Below the pieces are notes generated by a model. The model saw only the letters and a program-made list of their open reading frames with translations. It did no database searches and was not told where the DNA came from. Positions 1-10,337 of a stretch of DNA of 64,000 nt are shown in pieces. This DNA is from Dehalococcoidia bacterium. Its GTDB lineage: Bacteria; Chloroflexota; Dehalococcoidia; SHYB01. Where the stretch lies: positions 3,553,302 to 3,617,301 of the forward strand of contig OZ244810.1 in assembly GCA_965220155.1 (NCBI GenBank). The letters run 5' to 3'. Within the stretch, counting starts at the first letter, position 1. Each line of letters begins with the position of its first letter. The translations under genes and the position numbers were made by a program.

Positions 1-748
1 TCTCGGCAACCCCGGGCACCTTGAAGAGCTCGGTATCTCGCAGCTCTTGAACGAAAGCCGCCACCTGCTCGGCGAGCCCCTGTGCAGCTTCCGGGACCTT
101 AGCCCGGATGATCCGGAGCTCCTGTTCGAAGCTGGGGTAGTCGATCCAGAAGTAGAGGCAGCGCCGTTTCAGGGCGTCGTGGACTTCACGGGTCCGGTTC
201 GAGGTGATGATCACAATCGGGGGCTGGGCTGCTTTGATGGTGCCGATCTCCGGGACCGTGACCTGGAAGTCGGCGAGGAATTCCAGCAGGAATCCCTCGA
301 ACTCTTCATCGGCCCTGTCGATCTCGTCGATCAGAAGCAGGGGCGCGGACTGCCGAGAGGAATCGATGGCCTGAAGCAGCGGCCGCTTGATGAGAAAACG
401 GTCGCTGTAAAGCCGCGAGCTCAGGGCCTCGCGGCTGGCGGCGCCGGCCGCTTCCTGGATGCGGATCTCGAGGAGCTGCCGCGGGTAGTCCCATTCGTAC
501 AAGGCCTGGGCCACGTCGAGCCCTTCGTAACACTGGAGCCTTATCAGGTCGAGGCCGAGGCCTGTCGCCAGAGCCGAGGCGGTCTCCGTCTTGCCGACTC
601 CGGCCTCACCTTCCAGAAAGAGCGGCCGCCCCAGCTTGAGCGCCAAGAAGAGCGTAAGCGCGAGAGGCCTGTCGGTCAGGTACTGCCGGTCGCGAAGCAG
701 GTCCTGGACGCCCTCGATCGAGCCGGGCATCGAGGGCCCCCGCTCCAT
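1..748 (-). CDS. MoxR-type AAA+ ATPase (CoxD-like CODH accessory protein); C-terminal end lies beyond the window edge
   Basis: Absent from the ORF track because it is open at the window edge. Own translation from ATG 748..746: MERGPSMPGSIEGVQDLLRDRQYLTDRPLALTLFLALKLGRPLFLEGEAGVGKTETASALA ... LLLIDEIDRADEEFEGFLLEFL ... VIITSNRTREVHDALKRRC. Walker A is GEAGVGKT and Walker B is LLLIDEID. It starts 8 nt after the coxM stop. The listed + ORF 47..760 is its antisense shadow. Confidence 0.85.
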   Translation of the reverse strand, partial: MERGPSMPGSIEGVQDLLRDRQYLTDRPLALTLFLALKLGRPLFLEGEAGVGKTETASALATGLGLDLIRLQCYEGLDVAQALYEWDYPRQLLEIRIQEAAGAASREALSSRLYSDRFLIKRPLLQAIDSSRQSAPLLLIDEIDRADEEFEGFLLEFLADFQVTVPEIGTIKAAQPPIVIITSNRTREVHDALKRRCLYFWIDYPSFEQELRIIRAKVPEAAQGLAEQVAAFVQELRDTELFKVPGVAE

Positions 749-756
749 AGCCACCC

Positions 757-1629
757 TTAGCTGCCTGCCGCGCGGCCAGCGGCGCTGGTGAGCGCCCGCT
801 CCACGTACACGCTCGCCATGGCCCTGCGGTAGTCGCCGCTGGCGTGAATATCGCTCAGCAGATCGTCGCCCAAGTCGGCTGAAACTGCGGCGGCGGCCGT
901 CCGAATGGTCTCAGCGGTGAGGTCCTTGCCCACGAGCGCGCCTTCGACTGATGCGGCATTGACGGGCCTGGGCGCCAGGCCGCCCAGGGCGACGCTCGCA
1001 TGGGTGCAGGCGCCCCCCTCAGCCGTCAGCACCGCCGAGGCGCTCACGAGGGCGTACCGGGACGCCGGGTGGAACATCTTGGCGTAGGCCATTCCGGTCC
1101 CCACTCCGGCGGCTGGCACGCTGATGCCGGTCAGCACCTCGCCGTCCAGGATGGCGGACTCCATGAAGCCGGTGAAGAAGTCGCTTGCGGCCACGGTCCG
1201 TTCGCCGCCGGGACCGGTCATGAGGAGCGTTGCGCCGAGGGCTGTCAGGACGTTGGGCAGGTCTGAGCCGGGGTCCGCATGGACAACATTGCCACCGATG
1301 GTCCCGCGATTCCGCACCGCCGGGTCGCCGATGACCGCCGCGGCTTCGGCCAACAGCGGACAGAGGCTCGCGAGCTGGGGCGACCCCGCCAGGGATGCGT
1401 GGGTAGTCAGCGGACCAATCGTCACGGTCCCACCGTTCTCGCTGATGCCTCGGAGGGCATCGATTCCGCCGATGTCGACAATCGACTCCGGGCGGGCAAG
1501 ACGGAGCTTCATCAAAGGGAGCAGGCTATGACCGCCTGCAAGGAGCTTGGGGCCTGGAAGGCCGCTCAACATCTGGACAGCCTCGGCCACTGAGCCCGCG
1601 CGGTGGTACGTGAACTGAGCCGGGTACAT
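757..1629 (-). CDS. coxM: CO dehydrogenase / xanthine dehydrogenase family FAD-binding medium subunit
   Basis: 290 aa. MYPAQFTYHRAGSVAEAVQML...KLLAGGHSLLPLMKLRLARPE is the typical CoxM/CutM FAD-binding N-terminus. It lies 2 nt downstream of coxL. Confidence 0.85.
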   Translation of the reverse strand: MYPAQFTYHRAGSVAEAVQMLSGLPGPKLLAGGHSLLPLMKLRLARPESIVDIGGIDALRGISENGGTVTIGPLTTHASLAGSPQLASLCPLLAEAAAVIGDPAVRNRGTIGGNVVHADPGSDLPNVLTALGATLLMTGPGGERTVAASDFFTGFMESAILDGEVLTGISVPAAGVGTGMAYAKMFHPASRYALVSASAVLTAEGGACTHASVALGGLAPRPVNAASVEGALVGKDLTAETIRTAAAAVSADLGDDLLSDIHASGDYRRAMASVYVERALTSAAGRAAGS

Positions 1630-1631
1630 CG

Positions 1632-3983
1632 CTACCTCCCCGAGGCCTGTTGGACCGCCTGCCAGACCCGTTCGGCAGTCAGGGGCATGTCGATAGGGGC
1701 GACGCCGAGGGGCTCGAGCGCGTCCATGACGGCGTTATAGACCGTCGCCGTCGAGGCGATAGCCCCCGTCTCCCCGATCCCCTTCACTCCCAGAGGATGG
1801 TGGGGCGAGGGGGTGACCGTGGAGTGCACCTCAATTTTAGGGAATCGATCGGCCCGCGGCAGGGCGTAGTCCAGCATCGACCCGGTCAGGAGCTGCCCGC
1901 CCTCGTCATAGACGGCACCCTCCCAGAGTGCCTGGCCGATGCCTTGGACGACGCCGCCATGGACCTGCCCCTCGACGATCTTCGGGTTGATCTGCGGCCC
2001 GCAGTCGTCGAGGCAAAGGTAGCGCTTCAGCTCGATTTCGCCAGTTGCGATATCCACCTCCACCACCGCAAGGTGGGCACCGAAGGGGAACGTGAAATTG
2101 GGTGGATCGTAAAAAGCCGAGGCCTCGAGGCCGGGCTCCACCCCTTCGGGGAGGTTCCATGCCACGTTGGCCATCACCGAGATGTCCTGGATGGACTTCG
2201 ACCTGTCCGGCGACCCCTTCACCGAAAACTTGCCGTCGGCATACTCGACATCCTCCACGGCCGCCTCCAGCAGATGGGCGGCGATGACCGTGGCCTTGTC
2301 CTTCACCTTCCGAGCGCCCAGTGCAACGGCGGCTCCCGAGACGGCGGTGGTCCGGCTCCCGTAAGTGCCCCAACCCATGGGGGTCCGGGCGGTATCGCCG
2401 CTGACAACGTTCACGTCCTCGACTGGGACTCCGAGCTCGTGGTCGATGATCTGGGCGAAGGTGGTCTCTTCACCCTGTCCATGGGGGGAGGAGCCGATGA
2501 ATACATCGACCTTGCCGGTTGGATGGAAGCGGACAATCGCGCTCTCCCAGAGGCCTCCACCAAAGCCGACGGCCCCCGCCACTTGGGACGGACCGAGGCC
2601 GCAGATCTCACAGTAGGTGGTGACCCCAATACCAAGGTGCCGGCCTTCCCGGCGGAGCTTCGCCTGCTCCTGGCGCAGCCCTTCGTAGCCCGCCAGCTCC
2701 AGGACCCTGTCCAAAGCCGCCTGATAGTCCCCGCTGTCGTAGATAATCCCGGTCGCCACGTTGTAGCCGTCACTGAATGCCGGCAGCAGGTTCTTACGAC
2801 GGACTTCCGCGGGGTCCATGCCCGTCTCGCGAGCAACCAGGTCCATGACCCGCTCGACGAGGAAGGTCGCCTCCGGCCTGCCGGCCCCCCGATAGGCATC
2901 GACGGGTGTCGTGTTGGTAAACATGCCGAAGACATCACACCGGATATTCGGTATGTCGTAGGGGCCGCAGTACATCAGGCCATGGAGGATCGTTGGGATG
3001 CCCGGTCCGGCGGTGGACAGGTAAGCCCCCATCCCCGCCCACACATTGGCCTTGATAGCAGTCACTTTGCCGTCCCTGGTGGCTGAAGCCTCGACCTCCT
3101 CTACGTGGTCACGGCCATGGATGGTCGCCAGATAGTTCTCGCTCCGGCTTTCCGTCCATTTCACCGGCTGCCCGAGCCTCATCGAGCAGAAGCAGATGAT
3201 GGCCTCATCGGCGTAAACCGGGATCTTGCTTCCAAAGCCGCCACCAACCTCCGGGGCGATCACTCGAAGCTTGTGCTCCGGGACTCCCGTGACTCCGGAC
3301 AGGATGAACCGGGCGATGTGAGGGTTCTGGGTGGTGCTCCATAATGTCAGCTCGCCCGTCGCAGCGACGAACTGAGCGAGAGCCGAGCGAGGTTCCATTG
3401 CGTTGGGGACCAGCCGCTGCTGAAGGATGCGCTCCCTGACGGTCACCTCGGCCGAGACCAAGGCGGCATCGGCGTCTCCGCCAGCGACGGACCAGTGAAA
3501 AGCCTGGTTGCCAGGGGCATCCGCGTGGAGCTGAGGGGCACCCGCCTCAGCCGCTGCCTTCGGGTCGACCACGGCACCCAGAGGCTCGTAGTCCACCTCA
3601 ATGAGCTCCAGGGCGTCTTCCGCCTGACTGCGCGACTCTGCGACAACAACCGCAACCGCGTCACCCTGGTATCGGACCACCTCGGCGGCGATGGCTGGGT
3701 GCGGGACAGCTTTCAGCTCCGAATCGGGGATATTCCATGCACAGGGCACTGGGCCTAGGGCGTCACTCGTATCGGGACCCACATAGGCCGCCACGACCCC
3801 CGAGGCCCCCGCAGCGGCGGAAACGTCGATACTCGTGATACGGGCGTGGGCATGCGGGCTTCGAAGGATGGCCGCGTGAAGTGTTCCCGGGAGATGGATG
3901 TCATCGGTGTACGCTGCGCGGCCGGTGATGAGGCGGGGGTCTTCGCGGCGCCGGATACCGGAGCTGAAACTTCTCGTCGTCAT
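1632..3983 (-). CDS. coxL: Molybdopterin-binding large subunit of a form II CO-dehydrogenase-like enzyme
   Basis: 783 aa, aldehyde oxidase/xanthine dehydrogenase Mo-binding family. The active-site loop reads [11 protein letters not shown] (the AYRGAGR form II signature, not form I AYXCSFR). ATGA overlap with coxS. Confidence 0.9.
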   Translation of the reverse strand: MTTRSFSSGIRRREDPRLITGRAAYTDDIHLPGTLHAAILRSPHAHARITSIDVSAAAGASGVVAAYVGPDTSDALGPVPCAWNIPDSELKAVPHPAIAAEVVRYQGDAVAVVVAESRSQAEDALELIEVDYEPLGAVVDPKAAAEAGAPQLHADAPGNQAFHWSVAGGDADAALVSAEVTVRERILQQRLVPNAMEPRSALAQFVAATGELTLWSTTQNPHIARFILSGVTGVPEHKLRVIAPEVGGGFGSKIPVYADEAIICFCSMRLGQPVKWTESRSENYLATIHGRDHVEEVEASATRDGKVTAIKANVWAGMGAYLSTAGPGIPTILHGLMYCGPYDIPNIRCDVFGMFTNTTPVDAYRGAGRPEATFLVERVMDLVARETGMDPAEVRRKNLLPAFSDGYNVATGIIYDSGDYQAALDRVLELAGYEGLRQEQAKLRREGRHLGIGVTTYCEICGLGPSQVAGAVGFGGGLWESAIVRFHPTGKVDVFIGSSPHGQGEETTFAQIIDHELGVPVEDVNVVSGDTARTPMGWGTYGSRTTAVSGAAVALGARKVKDKATVIAAHLLEAAVEDVEYADGKFSVKGSPDRSKSIQDISVMANVAWNLPEGVEPGLEASAFYDPPNFTFPFGAHLAVVEVDIATGEIELKRYLCLDDCGPQINPKIVEGQVHGGVVQGIGQALWEGAVYDEGGQLLTGSMLDYALPRADRFPKIEVHSTVTPSPHHPLGVKGIGETGAIASTATVYNAVMDALEPLGVAPIDMPLTAERVWQAVQQASGR

Positions 3984-4459
3984 TGCCGGCCCCCGATCCG
4001 TTCAGCCGCCCTTCCGACGGCGTTCACGATATTCTGATAGCCAGTACACCTGCAGAAGTTCCCCTCGAGGCCGTGGCGGACCTGGTCCTCCGAGGGGCTG
4101 GGAATTTCACTCAGGAGCCCCAGAGCCGCCATGATCATGCCTGGCGTGCAAAAGCCGCACTGCAGGCCGTGCTCTTCCCAGAACGAGTCTTGAATCTCGT
4201 GCAGCCGCCCAGCTTGCTCGAGCCCCTCGATCGTAGTGATCTCGGAGCCATCTGCCTGCAGGGCCAGCGTCGTACATGACTTCACCGTCCCCCCATCCAT
4301 GAGGACCGTGCAAGCGCCGCACTGGCTCGTATCGCAGCCGATCTTGGTCCCCGTCAGGCCCAACGTCTCTCGCAGGAAATGGACCAATAGGAGCCGGTCG
4401 TCAACCGATCGTTCGTGCTGGGTGCCGTTCACCCTCATGCTGACGCTTTGCGGCATCAT
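3980..4459 (-). CDS. coxS: [2Fe-2S]-binding small subunit of the CODH/xanthine dehydrogenase family
   Basis: 159 aa. Cysteine clusters [11 protein letters not shown] and CGFCTPG ... CRCTGY. GGGGGG-rich SD before ATGATG. Confidence 0.9.
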   Translation of the reverse strand: MMPQSVSMRVNGTQHERSVDDRLLLVHFLRETLGLTGTKIGCDTSQCGACTVLMDGGTVKSCTTLALQADGSEITTIEGLEQAGRLHEIQDSFWEEHGLQCGFCTPGMIMAALGLLSEIPSPSEDQVRHGLEGNFCRCTGYQNIVNAVGRAAERIGGRQ

Positions 4460-4641
4460 CCCCCCTCTTCACACCTGCGATTCCGGAAGTGCGCCGTGGC
4501 TGGCCTTGCCCCCGGGCCATACCGTGGTATACCCGATAAGGGCTATGCAGGTTGCGGGCGTCCTCGAGATGAGGCAGTCTAGAGCCGGGACGGTTGCCCG
4601 TCAACAGACTTCGCAGCGCCGTTCACGAGGCAAAACCCGGA

Positions 4642-5076
4642 ATGAAGGTCGAGCGAGAATACCTCTTCGATGAAGACCGGGACCGAGTCTGGGCCAAACT
4701 GTTCGAGCTGGAAACCCTTGCCACGTGCATCCCGGGCTGCGAGCGCTTGGAGCAGACCGGGGACCATGAGTACGCCGGTGCTGGAACGGTCGGCGTCTCG
4801 GTGGTGAAGGGACGGTTCGAAGGGACCGTATCGCTCGTGGACATCGACCAGCCAAGGTCCCTCAAGATGCGGGCCCAGGGGAAGGGCGGGCCCGGTTTCG
4901 GCAGTGCCCAAGGCGTGATTACGCTGGAGGAGCGCGAGACGGGGACGCTGGTCCGGGTAGATGGGGAAGGGGATGTCGGCGGCATATTGGCGCGTGTTGG
5001 GCAACGAGCGCTGCTGCCGGTCGCGCGGACTCTGATGGACCGGTTTTTCACTTGTCTCGGGGGCCGCGCCGCTTAA
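4642..5076 (+). CDS. coxG: SRPBCC-fold carbon monoxide dehydrogenase subunit G family protein
   Basis: MKVEREYLFDEDRDRVWAKLFELETLATCIPGCERLEQTGDHEY...GRFEGTVSL...GGILARVGQRALLPVARTLMDRFF matches the CoxG pattern. The track ORF starts at 4594 (TTG); I prefer ATG 4642. Divergent from coxS. Confidence 0.75.
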   Translation: MKVEREYLFDEDRDRVWAKLFELETLATCIPGCERLEQTGDHEYAGAGTVGVSVVKGRFEGTVSLVDIDQPRSLKMRAQGKGGPGFGSAQGVITLEERETGTLVRVDGEGDVGGILARVGQRALLPVARTLMDRFFTCLGGRAA

Positions 5077-5096
5077 ACCAGGGGGGCGCTCAAACC

Positions 5097-5124
5097 AAAG
5101 GGGCGGCAATGGAGCCGCCCCTTT
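5097..5124. terminator. Bidirectional intrinsic-terminator-like hairpin between convergent genes
   Basis: Perfect 11-bp stem AAAGGGGCGGC (5097..5107) / GCCGCCCCTTT (5114..5124) with a 6-nt loop. T-runs follow on both strands (TTTG on +, TTTGGTTTG on -). It sits between the coxG stop (5076) and the stop of the minus gene (5151). Confidence 0.5.
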
Positions 5125-5150
5125 GCCGTCTGGCGCTCGAAGGCTGCGCT

Positions 5151-5693
5151 TTAGACGTTCAACGCCTCTGCCCGTATTTCGTCCTCGCTGGGGGCGTGGA
5201 ACCGATAACGGTAGGCAACCTCGGCGACTTTCGGGAGCGCTTCGTCGAGCGCCACCGTATCCACCTTTCTCGCCAGGTCTGATGCGCCGGCCCGCTCCAG
5301 CATCGCGGGCAGCCGGGAGCGAAGGCGGTCGATGGCCCAAGAGAGGGCGTCGCCATCGGCGATCGGGTCCAGGTGGATGATCTCCTGGTACTCGCCACTC
5401 GGCTGAATGTAGTGATAATGGGGGTCCTCGTCGAAACAATCGAACCTCAGGTATTCAGCCAGCTCCCCTCCCTTGGTCTCCCCGACGTGCAACGAGACGC
5501 CCGAATCGCTGAGTGTGCCGGCGGAGGGCTCGTCAGCCCCTGGGCGCTTCTGCTTGAAGTTCGCTTCGTAGATGGAGTCGTCTAGGACCCGGTACTCCAC
5601 GCCCACCGTCAAGGGGCCGGCATCGATGTACTCGGTGTGTTCCTTGATCGGAGGGATGGGGGGTGTATCAGGCCTCAGGATGTGTGGCGGCAT
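5151..5693 (-). CDS. Hypothetical protein (no family recognised)
   Basis: 180 aa with normal amino-acid composition (MPPHILRPDTPPIPPIKEHTEYIDAGPLTVGVEYRVLDDSIYEANFKQK...). GAGAGGAAA SD lies about 6 nt before ATG 5693. Confidence 0.6.
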   Translation of the reverse strand: MPPHILRPDTPPIPPIKEHTEYIDAGPLTVGVEYRVLDDSIYEANFKQKRPGADEPSAGTLSDSGVSLHVGETKGGELAEYLRFDCFDEDPHYHYIQPSGEYQEIIHLDPIADGDALSWAIDRLRSRLPAMLERAGASDLARKVDTVALDEALPKVAEVAYRYRFHAPSEDEIRAEALNV

Positions 5694-5799
5694 TTCGCGT
5701 TTCCTCTCTTAGATGACTTCTGTCACTTGGCCCCGATGCCCGGTTGGGCCGAGTATAGCACAAGGGCTACGTTAGATAGGGTTACGATACAATGCGGGC

Positions 5800-6729
5800 A
5801 TGTCCCCCAGGACACTCCTGAGCCTCATTGGCGATACCCCCCTGGTCGAGCTCAAGCACCTCTCGCCGAAGCCGGGAGTGCGCCTGTTCGCCAAGCTCGA
5901 GGGGCAAAACCCGACCGGCAGCATCAAGGACCGCATTGTGGCTGCGATGGTGGCTGCCGCCGAGGCCCGCGGCGACTTGAAGCCCGGGGATACCATCGTT
6001 GAAGCCAGCAGCGGAAACACGGCGATCTCGCTCGCGATGGTGGGTAAGCAAAAGGGCTATAAGATCATGCTGGCTATTCCCAAGGGGGTGGCTCCCAGCA
6101 TTGGGGATATTCTTGACTACTTTGGCGCCCAGGTGACCTGGTGCGACCCCGTTGCGGGTCTGAAGGGGGCTATCGATATCGCGTTTCGACTGGCTGAAGA
6201 GCATGGCTGCTATGCGCTGAGGCAGTTCTACGACGAGGTGAATACGGAGACCCATTACAAGACGACGGGCGTCGAGATTGTCCGCGACCTACCCGACGTG
6301 GATGTATTCGTCGCGGGGATGGGCACCAGCGGGACCTTGATGGGCGTCGGCCGCCGTCTCAGGGAAACAAATCCAAACGTGCGGATTATCGGCGTCGAGC
6401 CCAAGATTGGAGAGCGGCTCCAGGGCCTGCGAAGCCTCGCGGAAGGGTACGTCCCGCCGCTTCTGGACCTGGACCAGCTCGATGGACGGTTCCTCGTCGA
6501 TAGCGCCAGCGCCTTGGCCCGCGCCAGACGTGTCGTCATGGAGGAGGGCATCATGGCGGGGGTCTCTTCGGGGGCGGCCCTACATGCCGCGCTCCGATAC
6601 GCCGACAGGACCGACCGGGCCAATATCGTCGTGATGTTCGCGGACGGCGCATGGAAGTACCTGCCCTCCCGGCCTTGGGACGCCGCCGATGAGATGCCGC
6701 GGGACCTGGATGATATCCATTGGTGGTAG
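5800..6729 (+). CDS. PLP-dependent cysteine synthase family protein (CysK/CysM-like)
   Basis: 309 aa. LIGDTPLVEL...KLEGQNPTGSIKDRIV (PLP lysine motif), SSGNTAISLA, GMGTSGTLMGVG. Confidence 0.85.
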   Translation: MSPRTLLSLIGDTPLVELKHLSPKPGVRLFAKLEGQNPTGSIKDRIVAAMVAAAEARGDLKPGDTIVEASSGNTAISLAMVGKQKGYKIMLAIPKGVAPSIGDILDYFGAQVTWCDPVAGLKGAIDIAFRLAEEHGCYALRQFYDEVNTETHYKTTGVEIVRDLPDVDVFVAGMGTSGTLMGVGRRLRETNPNVRIIGVEPKIGERLQGLRSLAEGYVPPLLDLDQLDGRFLVDSASALARARRVVMEEGIMAGVSSGAALHAALRYADRTDRANIVVMFADGAWKYLPSRPWDAADEMPRDLDDIHWW

Positions 6730-6829
6730 ACGGCCGTCATGGCGGCTCCCCCACCGGCGACCGCAGAGACCTCACGGTCTCACAAGGGCCCTGTGATAGA
6801 ATGCCCTGATTTCGCCGCCCGAGAGAGGA

Positions 6830-7963
6830 ATGGACCTCAACTTCACCGAAGAGCAGGACATGCTCCGGAGAACTGCCCGGCAGTTCCTCGAGCGGGAGTG
6901 CCCTACGAGTCTCGTCCGGGAGATGGAGGCTGATCCACGCGGGGTCCATTTCGGCCTCTGGAAGCAGTCTGCCGACCTGGGACTGATGGGCGTTGCGTTG
7001 CCCGAGCGCTACGGCGGCGGGGGCCAGAGCTTCTTGGACCTGGCGTTGGTGCTGGAGGAATTCGGGCGGGCGATGATGCCGGGGCCAGTCCTCCAGACGC
7101 TGGCCAGCTGCGGAATGTCGCTCCTCGAATTCGGCACCGACGATCAGCGCCAGCAGTTCCTGCCGGGCATCGCAAGCGGAGAGACGCTCATGGGGCTCGC
7201 GTTCATCGAGCCTGGCACCGGCTACGAGGAGACGAACGTCTCCACCTCCGTGCTATCGACCGCCGGCGATTTCACCTTAAACGGGACGAAGCTGTTCGTC
7301 CCCTATGCGGGTGTGCTGGACTACCTCCTCGTCGTTGGGAGAAGCCATGGCGACCAGCTTTCCAAGGATGGCCTGACCTTGCTCCTGGCGGATGCGCGGG
7401 GCCCCGGTATCCAAAAAGAGGAGCTGAAGGTCAGGGGTAGGGACCGGGTCCACGAGGTACGGTTTGTCGACGCCAAGGTCCCGCGAGACGGCCTGATTGG
7501 AGAAGAGGGCAACGGGTGGCCTGTCCTGGAGCGTCTCTTGGCTCTAAGTGCGGGGGCCCAGTGCGCCGAGATAGCCGGCGTCTGCGGGGCGGTGTCCGAC
7601 ATCACCACCGAATACGCCAAAAGCCGGGCCCAGTTCGGCAGGCCTATAGGGATGTTCCAAGCGATTCAGCGTCACTGTGGGGACATGCACGCGGACACCG
7701 AAGCGGTCCGCTATCTCACGTATGACGCCGCCTGGCGCTTGGGATCGGGAGTGCCCGCCGAGAAGGAAGTCGGCATGGCGAAGTCCTTCGCGAGCGATGC
7801 CGTCCGGCGAGTAATGGAAAGCGGCCATCAGGTCCACGGGGCCATCGGTCTCACCGACGAGCACGATCTTACGCTATACAACCGGCGTTCGACTGCCTCG
7901 GCCGTAAACTACGGTGACTCGACCTTCCACCGCGAGACCGTTGCGTCCAACATGGGCCTATAG
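6830..7963 (+). CDS. Acyl-CoA dehydrogenase family protein
   Basis: 377 aa. MDLNFTEEQDMLRRTARQFLE..., FIEPGTGYEE, NGTKLFVPYA, YAKSRAQFGRPIGMFQAIQ. GAGAGAGGA SD. Confidence 0.9.
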   Translation: MDLNFTEEQDMLRRTARQFLERECPTSLVREMEADPRGVHFGLWKQSADLGLMGVALPERYGGGGQSFLDLALVLEEFGRAMMPGPVLQTLASCGMSLLEFGTDDQRQQFLPGIASGETLMGLAFIEPGTGYEETNVSTSVLSTAGDFTLNGTKLFVPYAGVLDYLLVVGRSHGDQLSKDGLTLLLADARGPGIQKEELKVRGRDRVHEVRFVDAKVPRDGLIGEEGNGWPVLERLLALSAGAQCAEIAGVCGAVSDITTEYAKSRAQFGRPIGMFQAIQRHCGDMHADTEAVRYLTYDAAWRLGSGVPAEKEVGMAKSFASDAVRRVMESGHQVHGAIGLTDEHDLTLYNRRSTASAVNYGDSTFHRETVASNMGL

Positions 7964-8016
7964 CGCCGCGTGAACGCCCCCCGAGCCTTTATCGTCGTAT
8001 TCTTTGGCCCCTCGTC

Positions 8017-8439
8017 ATGATCGACTGGGTCAACGACCGCATCGCGATCTCGGAGTATCCCTCGTCGAAGGTAGACCTGGGCCAGTTCGACGGCGTCTTG
8101 AACCTCGACAAGTTCACTCCGTACCATCACGACGGCATCCACCACGTCCATCTGCCGATCATCGACGGCCCCGGGAATACACCAGAGCAGATCGTCGAGG
8201 TCTTGGACAGGCTGGACAAACTCGTGCGCAGGGGAACGGTGCTCGTTCACTGCGCGGCCGGGGTCAGCCGGTCGCCCTTCATCATTGCCCTCTACCTGGC
8301 CTGGAAATCACCCCTCGGGTTCGAAGAAGCCCTGGATGTCGTGGCGCGCCACCGAAGCCGGCCCCTGAACGTGGATGAAGGGCTGGTGGCCATGACCGGC
8401 GACGTCGTCAGGTCCTTGGAGCGAGCGGCCGGCCTATGA
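8017..8439 (+). CDS. Dual-specificity / protein-tyrosine phosphatase family protein
   Basis: 140 aa with the HCX5R(S) active-site loop VLVHCAAGVSRSP. Stop overlaps the birA start (ATGA). Confidence 0.8.
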   Translation: MIDWVNDRIAISEYPSSKVDLGQFDGVLNLDKFTPYHHDGIHHVHLPIIDGPGNTPEQIVEVLDRLDKLVRRGTVLVHCAAGVSRSPFIIALYLAWKSPLGFEEALDVVARHRSRPLNVDEGLVAMTGDVVRSLERAAGL

Positions 8440-9239
8440 CGGGCCCAATAGGGGACGACCTATCCCTCGCCGTGGTCGAGGAGGCGCTGGTCACCCGCTA
8501 CATGGGGCAGGACTTCATCTACGTGGACTCGGCGCCGTCGACACAAGACCGGGCCCGTCAGGAGGCTCTCGCGGGGGCCCCCGAGGGCACCATGGTCCTG
8601 GCCGAGGAGCAGACTGAGGGGCGAGGGCGCTTCGGGCGGTCCTGGGTCTCGCCTCGGGGGAGCGCCCTGCTGCTCTCGATCGTCCTCCGGCCCGCCATCG
8701 AGACACTGCCCAAGCTCAACATGGTTGCCTCCCTGGCGGTGGTCCGCGCAGTTGCCGCCGAGACGGGTCTGCAAGCCCAGATCAAGTGGCCCAACGACGT
8801 TCAAATCGGGGGGAAGAAGTTGGCGGGGATGCTGATCGACACGGAGGTGACGTCCGATGGCGTGAACTTTGCCGTTATCGGCATCGGCCTGAACGTCGCA
8901 CTCGACCCCTCGGAGCACCCCGAGATCGCGGACATCGCAACCAGCCTGTCGCACGAGCTGGGCCGTCGAGTCCGACGCCTGGGACTGCTGAGGGAGCTCT
9001 TGACTGCGGTGGAGGACCTCTACGAAACGGTAAAAGGTGGGACCTCTCTGCTGGACGAGTGGAGGACCGCCATGGCGACACTGGGCCAGGACATCCGTGT
9101 CAGGTGGCCGGGCGACGAAGGCGAGACCGTCGAAGAGGGCAGAGCGGAGGATGTCGACGAAGAGGGCGCGCTCCTGTTGCGCCGCGTCGACGGAACGATT
9201 GCCCGAGTCGTCGCCGGAGAGGTCAGTCTGTCCGGCTGA
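8436..9239 (+). CDS. birA: Biotin--[acetyl-CoA-carboxylase] ligase (group I, no N-terminal HTH)
   Basis: 267 aa. Signature EEQTEGRGRFGRSWVSP (GRGRxGRxW), KWPNDV, GIGLNV. Confidence 0.9.
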   Translation: MTGPIGDDLSLAVVEEALVTRYMGQDFIYVDSAPSTQDRARQEALAGAPEGTMVLAEEQTEGRGRFGRSWVSPRGSALLLSIVLRPAIETLPKLNMVASLAVVRAVAAETGLQAQIKWPNDVQIGGKKLAGMLIDTEVTSDGVNFAVIGIGLNVALDPSEHPEIADIATSLSHELGRRVRRLGLLRELLTAVEDLYETVKGGTSLLDEWRTAMATLGQDIRVRWPGDEGETVEEGRAEDVDEEGALLLRRVDGTIARVVAGEVSLSG

Positions 9240-9286
9240 GCCCGCGTCTCGGACGATATCGCCGCGAAGGAATCTGGGGCCGTTCG

Positions 9287-10327
9287 TCAGGCTGCGCCGC
9301 CGATCCTCCTGGTAGTCGACTCACTCAGATGTCCGTTTCCCCAGAGGGAGATCACTGACGAGAATCCTCCCGCCTCGCCTCCAGCGACCAGGAGCGAGAT
9401 CCCGCCGGCGGAGGTCACGCAAGGGTGCATCTCCAGGTCGTCGCCGGGTCCGGGGGAGCCGGGCAACCGAGCAAGCCGCTTCAGTTGGGCCGTCGACACC
9501 CGGGCGCGTTCGTGGAGGTATTGCGCCGCCTGGCGCTTGCTCCAGCCCGCCTTCCTGAACAGCCTCGCGTGCTCAGGGCAAACGACGATAGCGAACTCCC
9601 CGGCGTTCCGGCCAAAGACGCTCATGCACTCCGCCACGTTTTCGAGAAATGCCTCGGGTGTGTTGCTGGTATGGTCGATCATCTGCATGGGAGAGTGGAC
9701 GGCGAAGACGGTGACGACGTTTTCTTCCAGGCCGAAGCCGCGGGTGACTTGAAGCGGCTCCCAAGGGCTGTGGTCCAAGCTCTCGGCGATGCACATGCTG
9801 TACTTGCCGCCCTGGCCCATGGTCGACTTGTCCATCACGCCCGGGCTTCCACCCGTAACGTTCATGATGATCAGCCGGATAGCGCGCCCGATGGTCGAGT
9901 TGGGCCGAAAGCCGGGCCCGAAGAGGTTCACACCCCCGTTGACCCCCAGCTCCCGCGCGATGGGCCCCCCAACGACGATGAGCTGGGCCGAGCCTCCGGT
10001 GCTGGCCAGGCTGCCGTGATAGTTGAACTGGGGCTCACACATCGCCTCCATGACGGCCACCACCACGGGCATGTACTCCGGCCGGCAACCCGCCATCACC
10101 GCATTCACCGCGACCTTTTCGGCTGTGATGACCCTGCCCCGGGTCGCGACCTCGCCGATCACATCGCCCGGCGCTTTCCCGGCCGCGGCGAGGAACTCGT
10201 GCACCCGGTCCGCCGTGGCCGGCACGACAGGGAGACCATCAGTCCAGCCCCGTTCGAAATAGTGCTCGACCGCCTCGAGGGCGTTATCGAAGCGGGTCCC
10301 CTCCGATTGGAGATCTTCCTGAGTCAT
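9287..10327 (-). CDS. Uncharacterised conserved protein, tightly coupled partner of the UGSC (seleno)protein gene
   Basis: The track ORF is 9287..10402. I place the start at ATG 10327 (MTQEDLQSEGTRFDNALEAVEHYFERGWTDGLPVVPAT...). An AGGAG SD 7 nt upstream overlaps the TAG of the preceding gene. 346 aa, no family recognised. Confidence 0.7.
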   Translation of the reverse strand: MTQEDLQSEGTRFDNALEAVEHYFERGWTDGLPVVPATADRVHEFLAAAGKAPGDVIGEVATRGRVITAEKVAVNAVMAGCRPEYMPVVVAVMEAMCEPQFNYHGSLASTGGSAQLIVVGGPIARELGVNGGVNLFGPGFRPNSTIGRAIRLIIMNVTGGSPGVMDKSTMGQGGKYSMCIAESLDHSPWEPLQVTRGFGLEENVVTVFAVHSPMQMIDHTSNTPEAFLENVAECMSVFGRNAGEFAIVVCPEHARLFRKAGWSKRQAAQYLHERARVSTAQLKRLARLPGSPGPGDDLEMHPCVTSAGGISLLVAGGEAGGFSSVISLWGNGHLSESTTRRIGGAA

Positions 10328-10337
10328 AGACGCGCTC

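Noticed and set aside
47-760. 237-aa + strand ORF at the window start
   Set aside because: It is the antisense shadow of the MoxR-type ATPase gene. The minus strand has clear Walker A/B motifs, while the + strand peptide is Arg/Gly/Pro-rich with no motifs.
1650-3086. 478-aa + strand ORF
   Set aside because: It is antisense to coxL. Its composition (R/G/P/D-rich) is typical of off-strand frames in high-GC DNA, and the minus frame has an unambiguous family match.
4579-5439. 286-aa minus-strand ORF spanning coxG and the terminator hairpin
   Set aside because: It is Arg/Pro-rich low-complexity sequence. It overlaps two better-supported genes and runs through an intergenic hairpin.
5760-5802. 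TACAAT 6 nt before the cysteine-synthase ATG as a promoter for a leaderless mRNA
   Set aside because: There is no acceptable -35 at 16-19 nt, and I cannot test leaderless initiation from sequence alone. It is noted only because the gene lacks an SD.
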